The notes under the pieces are model-generated. The model had not been told where the DNA came from and searched no databases. It was given only the letters and a program-made list of their open reading frames with translations. Shown here piece by piece: positions 1-9,536 of a DNA stretch of 41,430 nt; position 1 is the stretch's first letter; each line of letters opens with the position of its first letter. Location of the stretch: positions 1-41,430 of IMG/VR virus record IMGVR_UViG_3300044296_000258; one strand, given 5' to 3'. The translations under genes and the position numbers were made by a program. Source of the DNA: a virus. Lineage: Duplodnaviria > Caudoviricetes.

Positions 1-2
1 GA

Positions 3-356
3 AGAAAGTATTTCAGCAGGATTTCTAACAGGACATAATATTTTTACTTTTTTTTGTAATAAACCTTCTAAAATTCCTATTCTATTTATCCAAAGTCTAT
101 CTTTATCAAAAACAAATTCTTTTCCATAATGTGAATGATATGAATCTAATATTGATTTAAGAACATTTAATTTAGCTTGAACATTTGGATATTCACGACT
201 AGCTTCAACTTTATCCCAATTTTGAAATACAGTACTAAAAACCGAACAAAGTGAACTTACTGCTTCACCATGTATTTTTGGATTTTGTTTTAAAATATTA
301 ATCATCATAGTTGCACCTGATCTTGGAAGTCCAGCAACATAATACAATTCACTCAT
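3..356 (-). CDS. Sulfotransferase family protein (partial, runs off window start)
   Basis: Not in ORF track. Translated by hand from ATG at 356: MSELYYVAGLPRSGATMMINILKQNP...CPVRNPAEILSS. Has the PAPS 5'-PSB loop (GLPRSG) and 3'-PB motif (VRNP...S). Confidence 0.85.
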   Translation of the reverse strand, partial: MSELYYVAGLPRSGATMMINILKQNPKIHGEAVSSLCSVFSTVFQNWDKVEASREYPNVQAKLNVLKSILDSYHSHYGKEFVFDKDRLWINRIGILEGLLQKKVKILCPVRNPAEILS

Positions 357-359
357 AAA

Positions 360-1394
360 TTATTCCTTTTTTAAATTAAAATATTCAATAAATTCTTTTT
401 CTAACAATTCAAATGTTGCATCCCAATTACCAAATTCTTTTTGACGAAATATTTTTGTTGTTTTTTGATACCACGGTGAATGTCTATCACCATATGCCCA
501 AATATGATATGGTAATAATGGAACAATTACCCATGTCGGTTTACCCATAGCAGAAGATAAATGTGCTATACTTGTGCATGATGTTATCACTAAATCCATA
601 TTATGTATTGCCGCAGCAGTATCTTCCCATGAAATAATTAGATGCTGTAAATCAACAATTTCTTCTGGTAACTCTCTTGTATCTGTATCTCTCTGTAAAC
701 TATAAAATTGAACATCTTTATACTTATGCAATTCAATAAGAGGTTCTGGTGGAAATATTCTAAATTGTTGATGTTCAAATAATGGACTACCTGACCAACG
801 AATACCAACTTTTATTTTTTTACTATTAATGATGTTTTTCCAAATATCAACACTTAAAGGATTTGCTGATATGTATGGATTGTTTGGTAATGTATCAAAA
901 TTGTGATTGAAAATCCAACTACAACTAAATCCTGGAATCCAATAATCGTGTTTTGTTGATAAAACATCTTTTAATTGAATACATTGATAAACACCAGGTA
1001 TTCTTGAGAAAATAGAATGTAAACTAGAATCACAACACAATATTGCTTTACCACCACGTTTTGAAACTTCAGTTGCAAATCTTGATGATATTATTTGATC
1101 ACCAAAACCACATTCCATATTTAATATTACTATTTTATTTGTTAAATCGTCTGTTTGATTCCAAATAGGTTTATTTGTTGGGATTTTTGGAGAACCATAA
1201 ACTTTTAAAAATCTTCCAGATTCTAAAAGTTGAAATCCAGTTTGAAGATCACCTTGATTTATTAAAAACCATGCTCTATTAAATTTATGTCTTAAATCAT
1301 CTGGATGTTCTTGTTCCATTTGCTGACTAAGATTCCATCCTTCTTCAAATCTTCCACGAATCATTAAGTCAAGTTGTTGATCAATTTTATGCAT
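360..1394 (-). CDS. TPR-containing glycosyltransferase family 9-like protein
   Basis: Short TPR-like N-terminus, ECGFGDQI, VGIRWSGSP, and DTAAAIHNMDLVITSCTSIAHLSSAMGKPTW typical of TPR-GT9 (GT-B fold) proteins. Confidence 0.85.
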   Translation of the reverse strand: MHKIDQQLDLMIRGRFEEGWNLSQQMEQEHPDDLRHKFNRAWFLINQGDLQTGFQLLESGRFLKVYGSPKIPTNKPIWNQTDDLTNKIVILNMECGFGDQIISSRFATEVSKRGGKAILCCDSSLHSIFSRIPGVYQCIQLKDVLSTKHDYWIPGFSCSWIFNHNFDTLPNNPYISANPLSVDIWKNIINSKKIKVGIRWSGSPLFEHQQFRIFPPEPLIELHKYKDVQFYSLQRDTDTRELPEEIVDLQHLIISWEDTAAAIHNMDLVITSCTSIAHLSSAMGKPTWVIVPLLPYHIWAYGDRHSPWYQKTTKIFRQKEFGNWDATFELLEKEFIEYFNLKKE

Positions 1395-1417
1395 AAAAAC
1401 TCACTATATTAAAATTA

Positions 1418-1424
1418 TATTTAT
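1418..1424 (-). promoter_or_regulatory. T4-type late promoter (ATAAATA)
   Basis: TATTTAT on + strand in the short intergenic gap upstream of the GT9 start at 1394. Confidence 0.55.
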
Positions 1425-1431
1425 GTCGTTA

Positions 1432-4400
1432 CTATACTGTTATTCCAAATGTACCATATGAACTTGCAGAAATTATAGTCCAAGAACTTGAACCTATTTG
1501 AACTGGACTTGATTTATTTGTTGTAGTGCTATCACCTAAACGTCCATAAGTATTTAAACCCCAAGTAAATAATGTACCACCAGACCTAATAGCTGCTACA
1601 TGAGCACCACCACCAGCAGATACAGCAGTCCATGAACTTGAACCTATTTGAACTGGACTTGATTTTGATACAGCAGTTCCATCACCTAATTGTCCACTTG
1701 TTCCTCCTCCCCATGTAAACAATGTACCACCAGACCTAATTGCCGCTGTATGAGCAATACCAGCAGATACAGCAGTCCAAGAACTTGAACCTATTTGAAC
1801 TGGACTTGATTTTGATACAATAGTTCCATCACCTAATTGTCCACTTGTTCCAAATCCCCATGTAAACAATGTACCACCAGACCTGATTGCCGCTGTATGT
1901 GTAGCACCAGCAGATACAGCAGTCCAAGAACTTGAACCTATTTGAACTGGACTTGATTTTGATAAAGCAGTTCCATCACCTAATTGTCCAAAACCATTAT
2001 ATCCCCATGCAAATAATGTACCACCAGACCTAATCGCTGCTACATGATATCTTCCAGCAGATATAGCAGTCCAAGAACTTGAACCTATTTGTACCGGACT
2101 TGATTTTGCTGTGGTAGTTCCATCACCTAGTACACCATTTGAACCTATACCCCAAGTAAACAACATTCCATCAGACCTAATTGCTGCTGTTCCTGCTCCA
2201 CTAGTAGATACAGCAGTCCAAGAACTTGAACCTATTTGTACCGGACTTGATTTTTGTATAGTAGTTCCATCACCTAATTGTCCACTTGAATTGGATCCCC
2301 ATGTAAACAATGTACCATTTGATCTAATTGCTGCTGCATGTGATACTCCAGAAGCACCTCCTTGTGGTAAAATAGTCCAAGCACTTGAACCTATTTGAAC
2401 GGGAAAACTCATACTAGAAACTCTACCTAAACGACCATTTGTTCCTAATCCCCAAGTAAATAATATTCCGTCAGACTTAATTGCTGCTGAATGAAGGCCA
2501 CCAGCCGATACAGCAGTCCAAGAACTTGAACCTATTTGAACTGGACTTGATCTATTTGTTGTAGTTCCATCACTTAATTGTCCATTAGCATTTATACCCC
2601 ATCCAAATATTATTCCATCAGTTCTAGTAGCAAAAGAAAAATTTCTACCAGCAGATACAGTAGTCCAAGAACTTGAACCTATTTGAACTGGACTTGATTT
2701 TGATGCAAGAGTTCCATCACCTAATTGTCCACTTGTTCCTATTCCCCATGTAAATAATGTACCACCTGATCTAATTGCTGCTGTATGAGTAGAACCAGCA
2801 GATACAACAGTCCATGAACTTGAACCTATTTGAACTGGACTTGATTTTGTTGTAACAGTTCCATCACCTAATTGTCCAGTAGAATTATTACCCCATATAA
2901 ATAACATTCCATCAGATCGAATCGCTGCTGTATGATAACCTCCAGAAGATACAGCAGTCCAAGAACTTGAACCTATTTGTACCGGACTTGATCTAGGTAA
3001 TATAGTTGTATCACCTAAAGGAGTATAATCAAGACGTTGATAACCCCAAGTAAACAATGTACCACCAGACCTAATAGCTGCTACATGAGCACCACCAGTA
3101 GAAACAGCAGTCCATGAACTTGAGCCTATTTGAACTGGACTTGATTTTCCTAAAGTGGTACCATCACCTATTTGTCCTCCATTACCTATACCCCAAGTAA
3201 ATAATGTACCACCTGATCGAATTGCTACTGTTCCTGCTCCGCCAGCAGATACAGCAGTCCAAGAACTTGTACCTATTTGAACTGGACTTGATCTAGTTGT
3301 TGTAGTTCCATCACCTAATTGTCCATTTGAATTCAATCCCCATGTAAATAATTTTCCATCAGATCGAATTGCTGCTGTATGTGAACCACCACTATGGGTT
3401 GAAATTATAGACCAACTTTGATTTGTAAAAATAACTGTTTGAACTGGAGAAAGTTTATTATTAGTATCATTAATACCTAATTGTCCACTAGAATTAAATC
3501 CCCATGTAAATAATGTACCACCAGACCTAATCGCTGCTGAATGAAGGCTAGAAGATACAGCAGTCCAAGAACTTGAACCTATTTGAACTGGACTTGATCT
3601 ATTTGTTGTAGTGCTATCACCTAATTGTCCACTACTATTGGATCCCCATGTAAACAATGTACCACCAGACCTAATCGCTGCTGTATTTTGTCTATTAGTA
3701 GAAACAGCAGTCCAAGAACTTGAACCTATTTGAACTGGGCTTGATCTATTTGTTGTAGTGCTATCACCTAATTGTCCAAAACCATTATATCCCCATGTAA
3801 ATAATGTACCACCAGAACTGATTGCTACTGTGTGTGCATATTTTGAAGCAGATACAGCAGTCCAAGAACTTGAACCTATTTGAACTGGACTTGATTTTGC
3901 TGTGGTAGTTCCATCACCTAATTGTCCTCTTGAATTATTACCCCATGTAAATAATATTCCGTCAGACTTAATTGCTGCTGAATGAAGGCCACCAGCCGAT
4001 ACAGCAGTCCATGAACTTGAACCTATTTGAACTGGACTTGATTTTGATACAATAGTACCATCACCTAATTGTCCATCTGTTCCTAAACCCCATGTAAATA
4101 ATGTACCACCAGACCTAATCGCTGCTGTATGAGAATTACCAGCAGCTACAGCAGTCCATGAACTTGAACCTATTTGAACTGGACTTGATTTTGATACAGC
4201 AGTTCCATCACCTAATTGTCCAACTGTTCCTAAACCCCATGCAAATAATGTTCCACCAGACCTGATTGCTACTGTATGATATTTTCCACCAGATACAGCA
4301 GTCCATGAACTTGAACCTATTTGAACTGGACTTGATTTTGCTGTGGTAGTTCCATCACCTAATACACCATTTAAACCTGTACCCCAAGTAAATAACATTC

Positions 4401-4626
4401 CATCAGATCGAATTGCTGCTGTATGATAAGAACCTGAAGATACTATAGACCAACTCGCATATCCACCCGATGATAAACCAAGTGAACGATAACCACCCAC
4501 TGTTTGTAAACCAACATCACTGTATGAATCTGCTAGTTGACCTACACTATCAAATCCCCATGTATATAATAATTTTTTTAATGATGTTGTTGGTGGTGTA
4601 ATTGATAATACAGATTCGACTATCAT
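1432..4626 (-). CDS. RCC1/BLIP-II repeat beta-propeller protein, probable virion adhesin
   Basis: 21 repeats of about 49 aa, LFTWGxxxxGQLGDGTxxxKSSPVQIGSSSWTAVSxxxxHTAAIRSGG; lies downstream of fibre and chaperone genes. Confidence 0.9.
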   Translation of the reverse strand: MIVESVLSITPPTTSLKKLLYTWGFDSVGQLADSYSDVGLQTVGGYRSLGLSSGGYASWSIVSSGSYHTAAIRSDGMLFTWGTGLNGVLGDGTTTAKSSPVQIGSSSWTAVSGGKYHTVAIRSGGTLFAWGLGTVGQLGDGTAVSKSSPVQIGSSSWTAVAAGNSHTAAIRSGGTLFTWGLGTDGQLGDGTIVSKSSPVQIGSSSWTAVSAGGLHSAAIKSDGILFTWGNNSRGQLGDGTTTAKSSPVQIGSSSWTAVSASKYAHTVAISSGGTLFTWGYNGFGQLGDSTTTNRSSPVQIGSSSWTAVSTNRQNTAAIRSGGTLFTWGSNSSGQLGDSTTTNRSSPVQIGSSSWTAVSSSLHSAAIRSGGTLFTWGFNSSGQLGINDTNNKLSPVQTVIFTNQSWSIISTHSGGSHTAAIRSDGKLFTWGLNSNGQLGDGTTTTRSSPVQIGTSSWTAVSAGGAGTVAIRSGGTLFTWGIGNGGQIGDGTTLGKSSPVQIGSSSWTAVSTGGAHVAAIRSGGTLFTWGYQRLDYTPLGDTTILPRSSPVQIGSSSWTAVSSGGYHTAAIRSDGMLFIWGNNSTGQLGDGTVTTKSSPVQIGSSSWTVVSAGSTHTAAIRSGGTLFTWGIGTSGQLGDGTLASKSSPVQIGSSSWTTVSAGRNFSFATRTDGIIFGWGINANGQLSDGTTTNRSSPVQIGSSSWTAVSAGGLHSAAIKSDGILFTWGLGTNGRLGRVSSMSFPVQIGSSAWTILPQGGASGVSHAAAIRSNGTLFTWGSNSSGQLGDGTTIQKSSPVQIGSSSWTAVSTSGAGTAAIRSDGMLFTWGIGSNGVLGDGTTTAKSSPVQIGSSSWTAISAGRYHVAAIRSGGTLFAWGYNGFGQLGDGTALSKSSPVQIGSSSWTAVSAGATHTAAIRSGGTLFTWGFGTSGQLGDGTIVSKSSPVQIGSSSWTAVSAGIAHTAAIRSGGTLFTWGGGTSGQLGDGTAVSKSSPVQIGSSSWTAVSAGGGAHVAAIRSGGTLFTWGLNTYGRLGDSTTTNKSSPVQIGSSSWTIISASSYGTFGITV
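1450..4460. repeat. Coding tandem repeat, unit about 147 bp
   Basis: Block cagcagtccaagaacttgaacctatttgaactggacttgat recurs nearly unchanged about every 147 bp inside the RCC1 ORF. Confidence 0.9.
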
Positions 4627-4628
4627 TT

Positions 4629-5261
4629 TTATTCAGGAATATTAGGCCAAATTATAGAAGATGAATCAAATAACGCATTTATATTATCATCAATATTTTT
4701 TTTATTTTTTTCTAAATTAATTATCTCATCATTAGATAAAGATTCATTTTGAATTTGATTTTCTATATCTTTTATTTGATTTTCAAAATCATTCATTTGA
4801 GATAACAATATATCTTCGCTATATTTTGTTGGTAAATCTCTTAAAGATTGACGATATTTTTTCCATTTTTCAATCCATTCTGTTGTCTTTGAAGATTGAA
4901 TATCTATCGTTTGTGTCCAATCACAATCTTTTAATAGATTATTTCTTTGTTGTCTTAAAAAATTATAAAAATGATATTTTTTATTTTCAAGTTGTTCTGA
5001 TATTTCATTATCAGTATAAGTTATTATTTTTGGTATCTCATAAACATTATCATTTTCAAATTTATATTCATAATCAATTATTTTTTGTTTTTTAATATCA
5101 TAATAAATAACTTCTTTTTCTACGATATACCATCCAATAGATTTCAAAAAATCTCTATCATTTTTTGATAAATCAAGACCACTTATATTTTTCCAATTTT
5201 TTGGTAATTCTCCACATAATTCTTTTATTTCATTATTTTCAACGTAACAATAATTTGCCAT
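4629..5261 (-). CDS. Tail fibre assembly chaperone-like protein
   Basis: RQQRNNLLKDCDWTQ...WKKYRQSLRDLP and C-terminal IWPNIPE are hallmarks of phage tail fibre assembly chaperones. Confidence 0.8.
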   Translation of the reverse strand: MANYCYVENNEIKELCGELPKNWKNISGLDLSKNDRDFLKSIGWYIVEKEVIYYDIKKQKIIDYEYKFENDNVYEIPKIITYTDNEISEQLENKKYHFYNFLRQQRNNLLKDCDWTQTIDIQSSKTTEWIEKWKKYRQSLRDLPTKYSEDILLSQMNDFENQIKDIENQIQNESLSNDEIINLEKNKKNIDDNINALFDSSSIIWPNIPE

Positions 5262-5265
5262 TTTT

Positions 5266-6012
5266 TTACCTACTATCTGTCATAGATGCAGTACCGCGCC
5301 ATGTTGAACCAGTATCATCTGTTAAAAATACAAGTAAATCTGTACCTGAAGTTGTTAATGTTGGTGCTGTTCCACTTGGCCATTTTGTTACTGATGATGG
5401 CCAGTTTTGTGTCGCTGAACCACCATTCGTTAATTTCAATACAAATCCCGCTGCATTTGCTGTTGGTGGATTACTAAATGTCCATGTAACTGTTCCTGTC
5501 ACTGTTGCTGTTATATAATTTCCTAATGATAAATCAATAGTCGTTGCACCTGAAATGTTACCTAATGCATTTATTGCCAAAGCATAATCTTTAAATATTG
5601 GATATGATATTATTTTTGACGATGCATTTAAATTGTCATTTAATTGAGTTAGAGTTATTGCTGTATTAGTTACTGCTGATACCCTACCATACGCATCTGT
5701 TGTAATTACTGGAACATATGCGGCATTACCATATGTTCCTGCTGTGCCAGTATTTGCGAGAGATACAATTGCAGTTCCATTTGATACAAGAACTGTTCCT
5801 GTAGTATATGATGTTGCATTTGTTCCACCACTTGAAAACCCAAATGTTCCTGTTACTGCTGTTGTTGGAATACTGATTGCTGTGTTTGTAACAGATGAAA
5901 TACGACCTGATGTATCAACTGTAATCACTGGAACATATGCTGAATTTGCATAAGTTGCCGCGGTTACACCAGTTGTTGAAAGTTCATTTGTAGATATTAA
6001 TTGTTGTGACAT
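5266..6012 (-). CDS. Short tail fibre/adaptor protein
   Basis: Two AxTY...VPVITxDxxGRxSxVTNTAI fibre repeats plus C-terminal IDLSLG...FSNPP...WPS..KWPSGTAP..T..GTD domain. Confidence 0.7.
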   Translation of the reverse strand: MSQQLISTNELSTTGVTAATYANSAYVPVITVDTSGRISSVTNTAISIPTTAVTGTFGFSSGGTNATSYTTGTVLVSNGTAIVSLANTGTAGTYGNAAYVPVITTDAYGRVSAVTNTAITLTQLNDNLNASSKIISYPIFKDYALAINALGNISGATTIDLSLGNYITATVTGTVTWTFSNPPTANAAGFVLKLTNGGSATQNWPSSVTKWPSGTAPTLTTSGTDLLVFLTDDTGSTWRGTASMTDSR

Positions 6013-6026
6013 TTTTTAATTATTTA

Positions 6027-7094
6027 CTAGAAATTTAATCCTGAAACATATCCAAAATATGTTGTTCCACCATCATTTGTGCTAAAAGCATATATATCTG
6101 TTTTATTCGCAGTTGTAGTTTGTGTTGGTGCTTGTCCATATTGCCACTTAACTGCTGCTGGCCATGTTATCGTATTGCTACCATTATTTGTATTTGCATA
6201 TAATTTAAAATTTCTTTCTATTCCAGAAGAAGGTGCATTTGAGAAAGCAAGTGTTGTATTTGCTGCCATTACAAGTTTATAAACACTATTTGTTGATAAA
6301 TCGAGTGTTGTTGTACCTACAGCAGCAGTAACCGTATTCATAACTTCACTAATTGAACCGCTAATTTTCAAACCACCTAAAATATCTAATTTTGCTGTTG
6401 GTAAACTTATTCCTATTCCTATATTTCCACTTACTTCAGTAACACTTGATGAAATTAATGTATTTCCATTTGATGAAATCAAGTTACCAGTTGTAAAAAT
6501 AGGAGTCAATACATTTGCAGAAGAAATACCTATTGCTTGTGCTCTTATTAATGTATTATTGGGTGGTGTGAAATTTAATGTTAATGTTGAACCCGTTACA
6601 GTATAATCATATTGAACAACACCATTTGCTGTAACTATTACATTATTTTGTGCTGCTGGTGTAAATCCCAAACTAAATGTTGTTTGTGCACCATTTGCAG
6701 TTGCTTGAAATATTTGTGTATTTACATTATAAATGTTGTATGTATTTCCTGAACCACCACCAGAACCAGCATTCGCAGTATATTGTTTCGTTCCATCTGC
6801 AAATTGAAGATAAGATGTTGATACATTAATTATCGGTGCAGATAATATACCTGTATTTTTGTCAAATGTAAAACCAGAATTTGAACCAAAAGAACCAGAA
6901 TCATTAAACTGAACTTGTTGATTTGAACCAGAAACTTGTGTTGTTCTAATCTGACCTAATGTATTTGATGCCGTTTTATAATAAAGAATACCATCAGCAA
7001 AATTAAGAGATAATTCACCATTAGCAATAACACCCAAAGAAGGTGTATTACCAGTTGAACTTGAACTACGAACAGCAATTACTGTATTTGCCAT
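6027..7094 (-). CDS. Tail fibre protein
   Basis: Mtd_N-like start (VIAVRSS...P......GELSLNFADGILYYK), GSNQQVQFNDSGSFG and GNIGIG fibre motifs; C-terminal domain near-identical to that of 15532..16500. Confidence 0.7.
   Translation of the reverse strand: MANTVIAVRSSSSTGNTPSLGVIANGELSLNFADGILYYKTASNTLGQIRTTQVSGSNQQVQFNDSGSFGSNSGFTFDKNTGILSAPIINVSTSYLQFADGTKQYTANAGSGGGSGNTYNIYNVNTQIFQATANGAQTTFSLGFTPAAQNNVIVTANGVVQYDYTVTGSTLTLNFTPPNNTLIRAQAIGISSANVLTPIFTTGNLISSNGNTLISSSVTEVSGNIGIGISLPTAKLDILGGLKISGSISEVMNTVTAAVGTTTLDLSTNSVYKLVMAANTTLAFSNAPSSGIERNFKLYANTNNGSNTITWPAAVKWQYGQAPTQTTTANKTDIYAFSTNDGGTTYFGYVSGLNF
6028..6305. repeat. Dispersed repeat copy 1 (fibre C-terminal domain)
   Basis: Colinear and highly similar to 15533..15810; differences mostly synonymous. 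Confidence 0.85.
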
Positions 7095-7097
7095 CTA

Positions 7098-7592
7098 TTA
7101 AAATGTTCCGCCGTTTTGATTTATCAACAAAACATTATCTTTTTTTGTTTCAACTTCTTCAACAAAAAGACCTAATTTCTTTTTCTTTGATTGTGGTATC
7201 ATAGTTTGAAGTTGTTCTATCAATTCTTTTTGTTTTGTTATTTCAGTTTTCAAAGATTCAATTAAGTCATTATTTTGACTATTTAATTTCATTTCATTAT
7301 TTAGAGCAGTCTGTAAACGATGTCGTTCAATGTCAGTTTTTGATGTTGTTTCAATAATATTGTTTTTATTAGTAATCTGATTTTTTAAATCAGTATTTTC
7401 TTCAACAATAGTTTGAAACTCATCTTTTACTTTTTCCAAATCATCAATCTTTTGCAACAATTCTGGAATCTTTTTCGCTTGTTCATCCAATAATTTAATT
7501 TGTGTTTGAAACAACAAATTTTGTTTTACAACACTTATAAAATTATCTTGTGCAATTTCACCAAAAGATTGTATAAAATTCATGTCTTGCAT
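7098..7592 (-). CDS. Coiled-coil hypothetical protein ending in NGGTF
   Basis: Charged heptad-like sequence; GAGG upstream of start; tightly packed in the fibre operon. Confidence 0.7.
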   Translation of the reverse strand: MQDMNFIQSFGEIAQDNFISVVKQNLLFQTQIKLLDEQAKKIPELLQKIDDLEKVKDEFQTIVEENTDLKNQITNKNNIIETTSKTDIERHRLQTALNNEMKLNSQNNDLIESLKTEITKQKELIEQLQTMIPQSKKKKLGLFVEEVETKKDNVLLINQNGGTF

Positions 7593-7612
7593 AATGTATT
7601 CCTCTCATATAA

Positions 7613-9259
7613 TTAGAATGTTCCGCCATTCAATGTTGTTGTCCAAACTGGAGTTCCTGAACCATTTACAGTTAATAATTGTGCTGACCATGTTTGATCC
7701 GATGTACCCGCCGCAGCAGTAACCTGTAATGCACCAGTTCCATTACCATACAACATACCATTTGAAGTAAATGTTGCTGCACCAGTACCACCTCTTGTTA
7801 CACCTAATGTACCCGATGTAATCTGCGAAGTATCAATTGCAATCGCTGCACCAGTATATGCTGTTACATCACCATAACTGTTTACTGTAAATGATGTAAT
7901 CGTATTTGCAGCAGATAATCCACCAGTTACGGTTGTTGTTGTATTTGCAAGAGAAACTAAACTTGTACCATCAAAAATTACTCTTTGTCCAGTTGTAAAT
8001 GATGTTTGATTGGTACCACCACGTGCAATTGGTAATGTTCCTGAAGTAATTTGTGATGCTGCTATTGCAATTGCTGTATTTGTGATTGAAGATACACGTC
8101 CATACGCATCTGTTGTAATTACAGGAACATATGCAGCATTAGCATAGGTACCCGCAGTTCCAGTATTTGCAAGTGATTGGAAAGCACTTGTTCCATTACC
8201 AACAAGAATTTGACCAGCAGTAAATGTTTTTGCACCTGTACCACCATCACTTACTGTTACAGCATTAATAAGACCTGAAACATTACCACCCGTAAAGTTT
8301 GCAACAATATTTGCTTTTAAGTAACTTGCATCATTAATATCAATTACGTTATTATCTGGTTCTGGTGTATAGTTATAGAAAGCATAAAAATTACCAGTAT
8401 TATATTTTCTTACCCAACCAGCATGTCTTGATGTTGCGCCATCATAATAATTACCCGCAAAACCAATATCAACAATATCTGATGTATAATTATTTCCTGC
8501 CAAATATATCATCGGATCAGTTACATTTAATGATGATACATTAATTTGTGAAGATGAGCCAGAAACAATAAGGTTACCAACAATCGAAACATTACCAGTA
8601 ATTGTTTGATTTCCTGTTGTGCGAATAACTGTATTATCAACATCAATACGAAGTGTATTATTCGCATCAAATCCTGTGGTATCAATACCAGCACCACCAT
8701 TAACAGTTAAAGTATCTGTTGCAAGAGCAAGTGAACCTGAACCAGTATCACCTGCAAATGAAAGAGTTGAAGATATTGATACTGGTACATTAGCTGCTGA
8801 AGTAATTCTACCTTTACTATCAACAGTAAATGTTGAAACGTTTGTTGCACCACCATATGTACCTGCAACAACACCTGTGCTTCCTAATGTTAATGGGATA
8901 TTTGCATTTGCTGAACCGTCAATTGAAACAGTTCCATTTGCATCACCTGAAACACCTATTGTTCTCGCTGTTTGCCAAACTGATGCTGTATTTGCATTAC
9001 CGTAAAGAGATGCATATACAGCAGTTGCAGAAAACATGCCTGATGCATCTCTTTTGACAATTGCAGATGCAGTATTTGCGTTTGTTGCAGCATCAATTAG
9101 TGCTGTATAATATGAACCACCAACGGCAATAGGTCCACCATTTGTTCTTCCGATAAACAATTTACCTGAAGTATTTGAATATGCTGGTTCAGCAACATTT
9201 AGTGTTGATGGCGTTGATGTTACTTCAGACCATTTTAGTTGAATCACTGTATTAGCCAT
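7613..9259 (-). CDS. Tail fibre/virion structural protein
   Basis: Mtd_N-like N-terminus (MANTVIQLKWS...PSTLNVAEPAYSNTSGKLFIG), AGTY..TVDSKGRIT and L.V.RGGTG fibre repeats; ends LNGGTF. Confidence 0.75.
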   Translation of the reverse strand: MANTVIQLKWSEVTSTPSTLNVAEPAYSNTSGKLFIGRTNGGPIAVGGSYYTALIDAATNANTASAIVKRDASGMFSATAVYASLYGNANTASVWQTARTIGVSGDANGTVSIDGSANANIPLTLGSTGVVAGTYGGATNVSTFTVDSKGRITSAANVPVSISSTLSFAGDTGSGSLALATDTLTVNGGAGIDTTGFDANNTLRIDVDNTVIRTTGNQTITGNVSIVGNLIVSGSSSQINVSSLNVTDPMIYLAGNNYTSDIVDIGFAGNYYDGATSRHAGWVRKYNTGNFYAFYNYTPEPDNNVIDINDASYLKANIVANFTGGNVSGLINAVTVSDGGTGAKTFTAGQILVGNGTSAFQSLANTGTAGTYANAAYVPVITTDAYGRVSSITNTAIAIAASQITSGTLPIARGGTNQTSFTTGQRVIFDGTSLVSLANTTTTVTGGLSAANTITSFTVNSYGDVTAYTGAAIAIDTSQITSGTLGVTRGGTGAATFTSNGMLYGNGTGALQVTAAAGTSDQTWSAQLLTVNGSGTPVWTTTLNGGTF

Positions 9260-9285
9260 TTAAATATCCTTTTTTATTCTTTTTA

Positions 9286-9534
9286 TTAGAAACTACCACC
9301 ATTAATTGTTGAAATATAGTCGGCAGTTAATACTGTATTTGCTAAAAATTTATGTGATGTTGCATTATATACAATTGTTTGATTATTATTCAAATTTGTT
9401 AAATCAACATCATTTAATTGCCCTAATGATAAATTAGCAGAAACTTGTCCTGAAATTACGGGATATAGTTTTTGTGCTGGCTTTAATTGAACAACAGTTG
9501 CGCTAGGTGTTAGAACTGTAACTATATTTGCCAT
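9286..9534 (-). CDS. Small virion structural protein ending in NGGSF
   Basis: LGQLNDVD....NNQTIVYNA fibre-type motif; position in operon. Confidence 0.65.
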   Translation of the reverse strand: MANIVTVLTPSATVVQLKPAQKLYPVISGQVSANLSLGQLNDVDLTNLNNNQTIVYNATSHKFLANTVLTADYISTINGGSF

Positions 9535-9536
9535 TT

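Noticed and set aside
1450-4460. CRISPR-like array of conserved ~40-bp blocks
   Set aside because: The intervening sequences are homologous to each other, the period keeps the reading frame, and all lies within one ORF; no cas genes.
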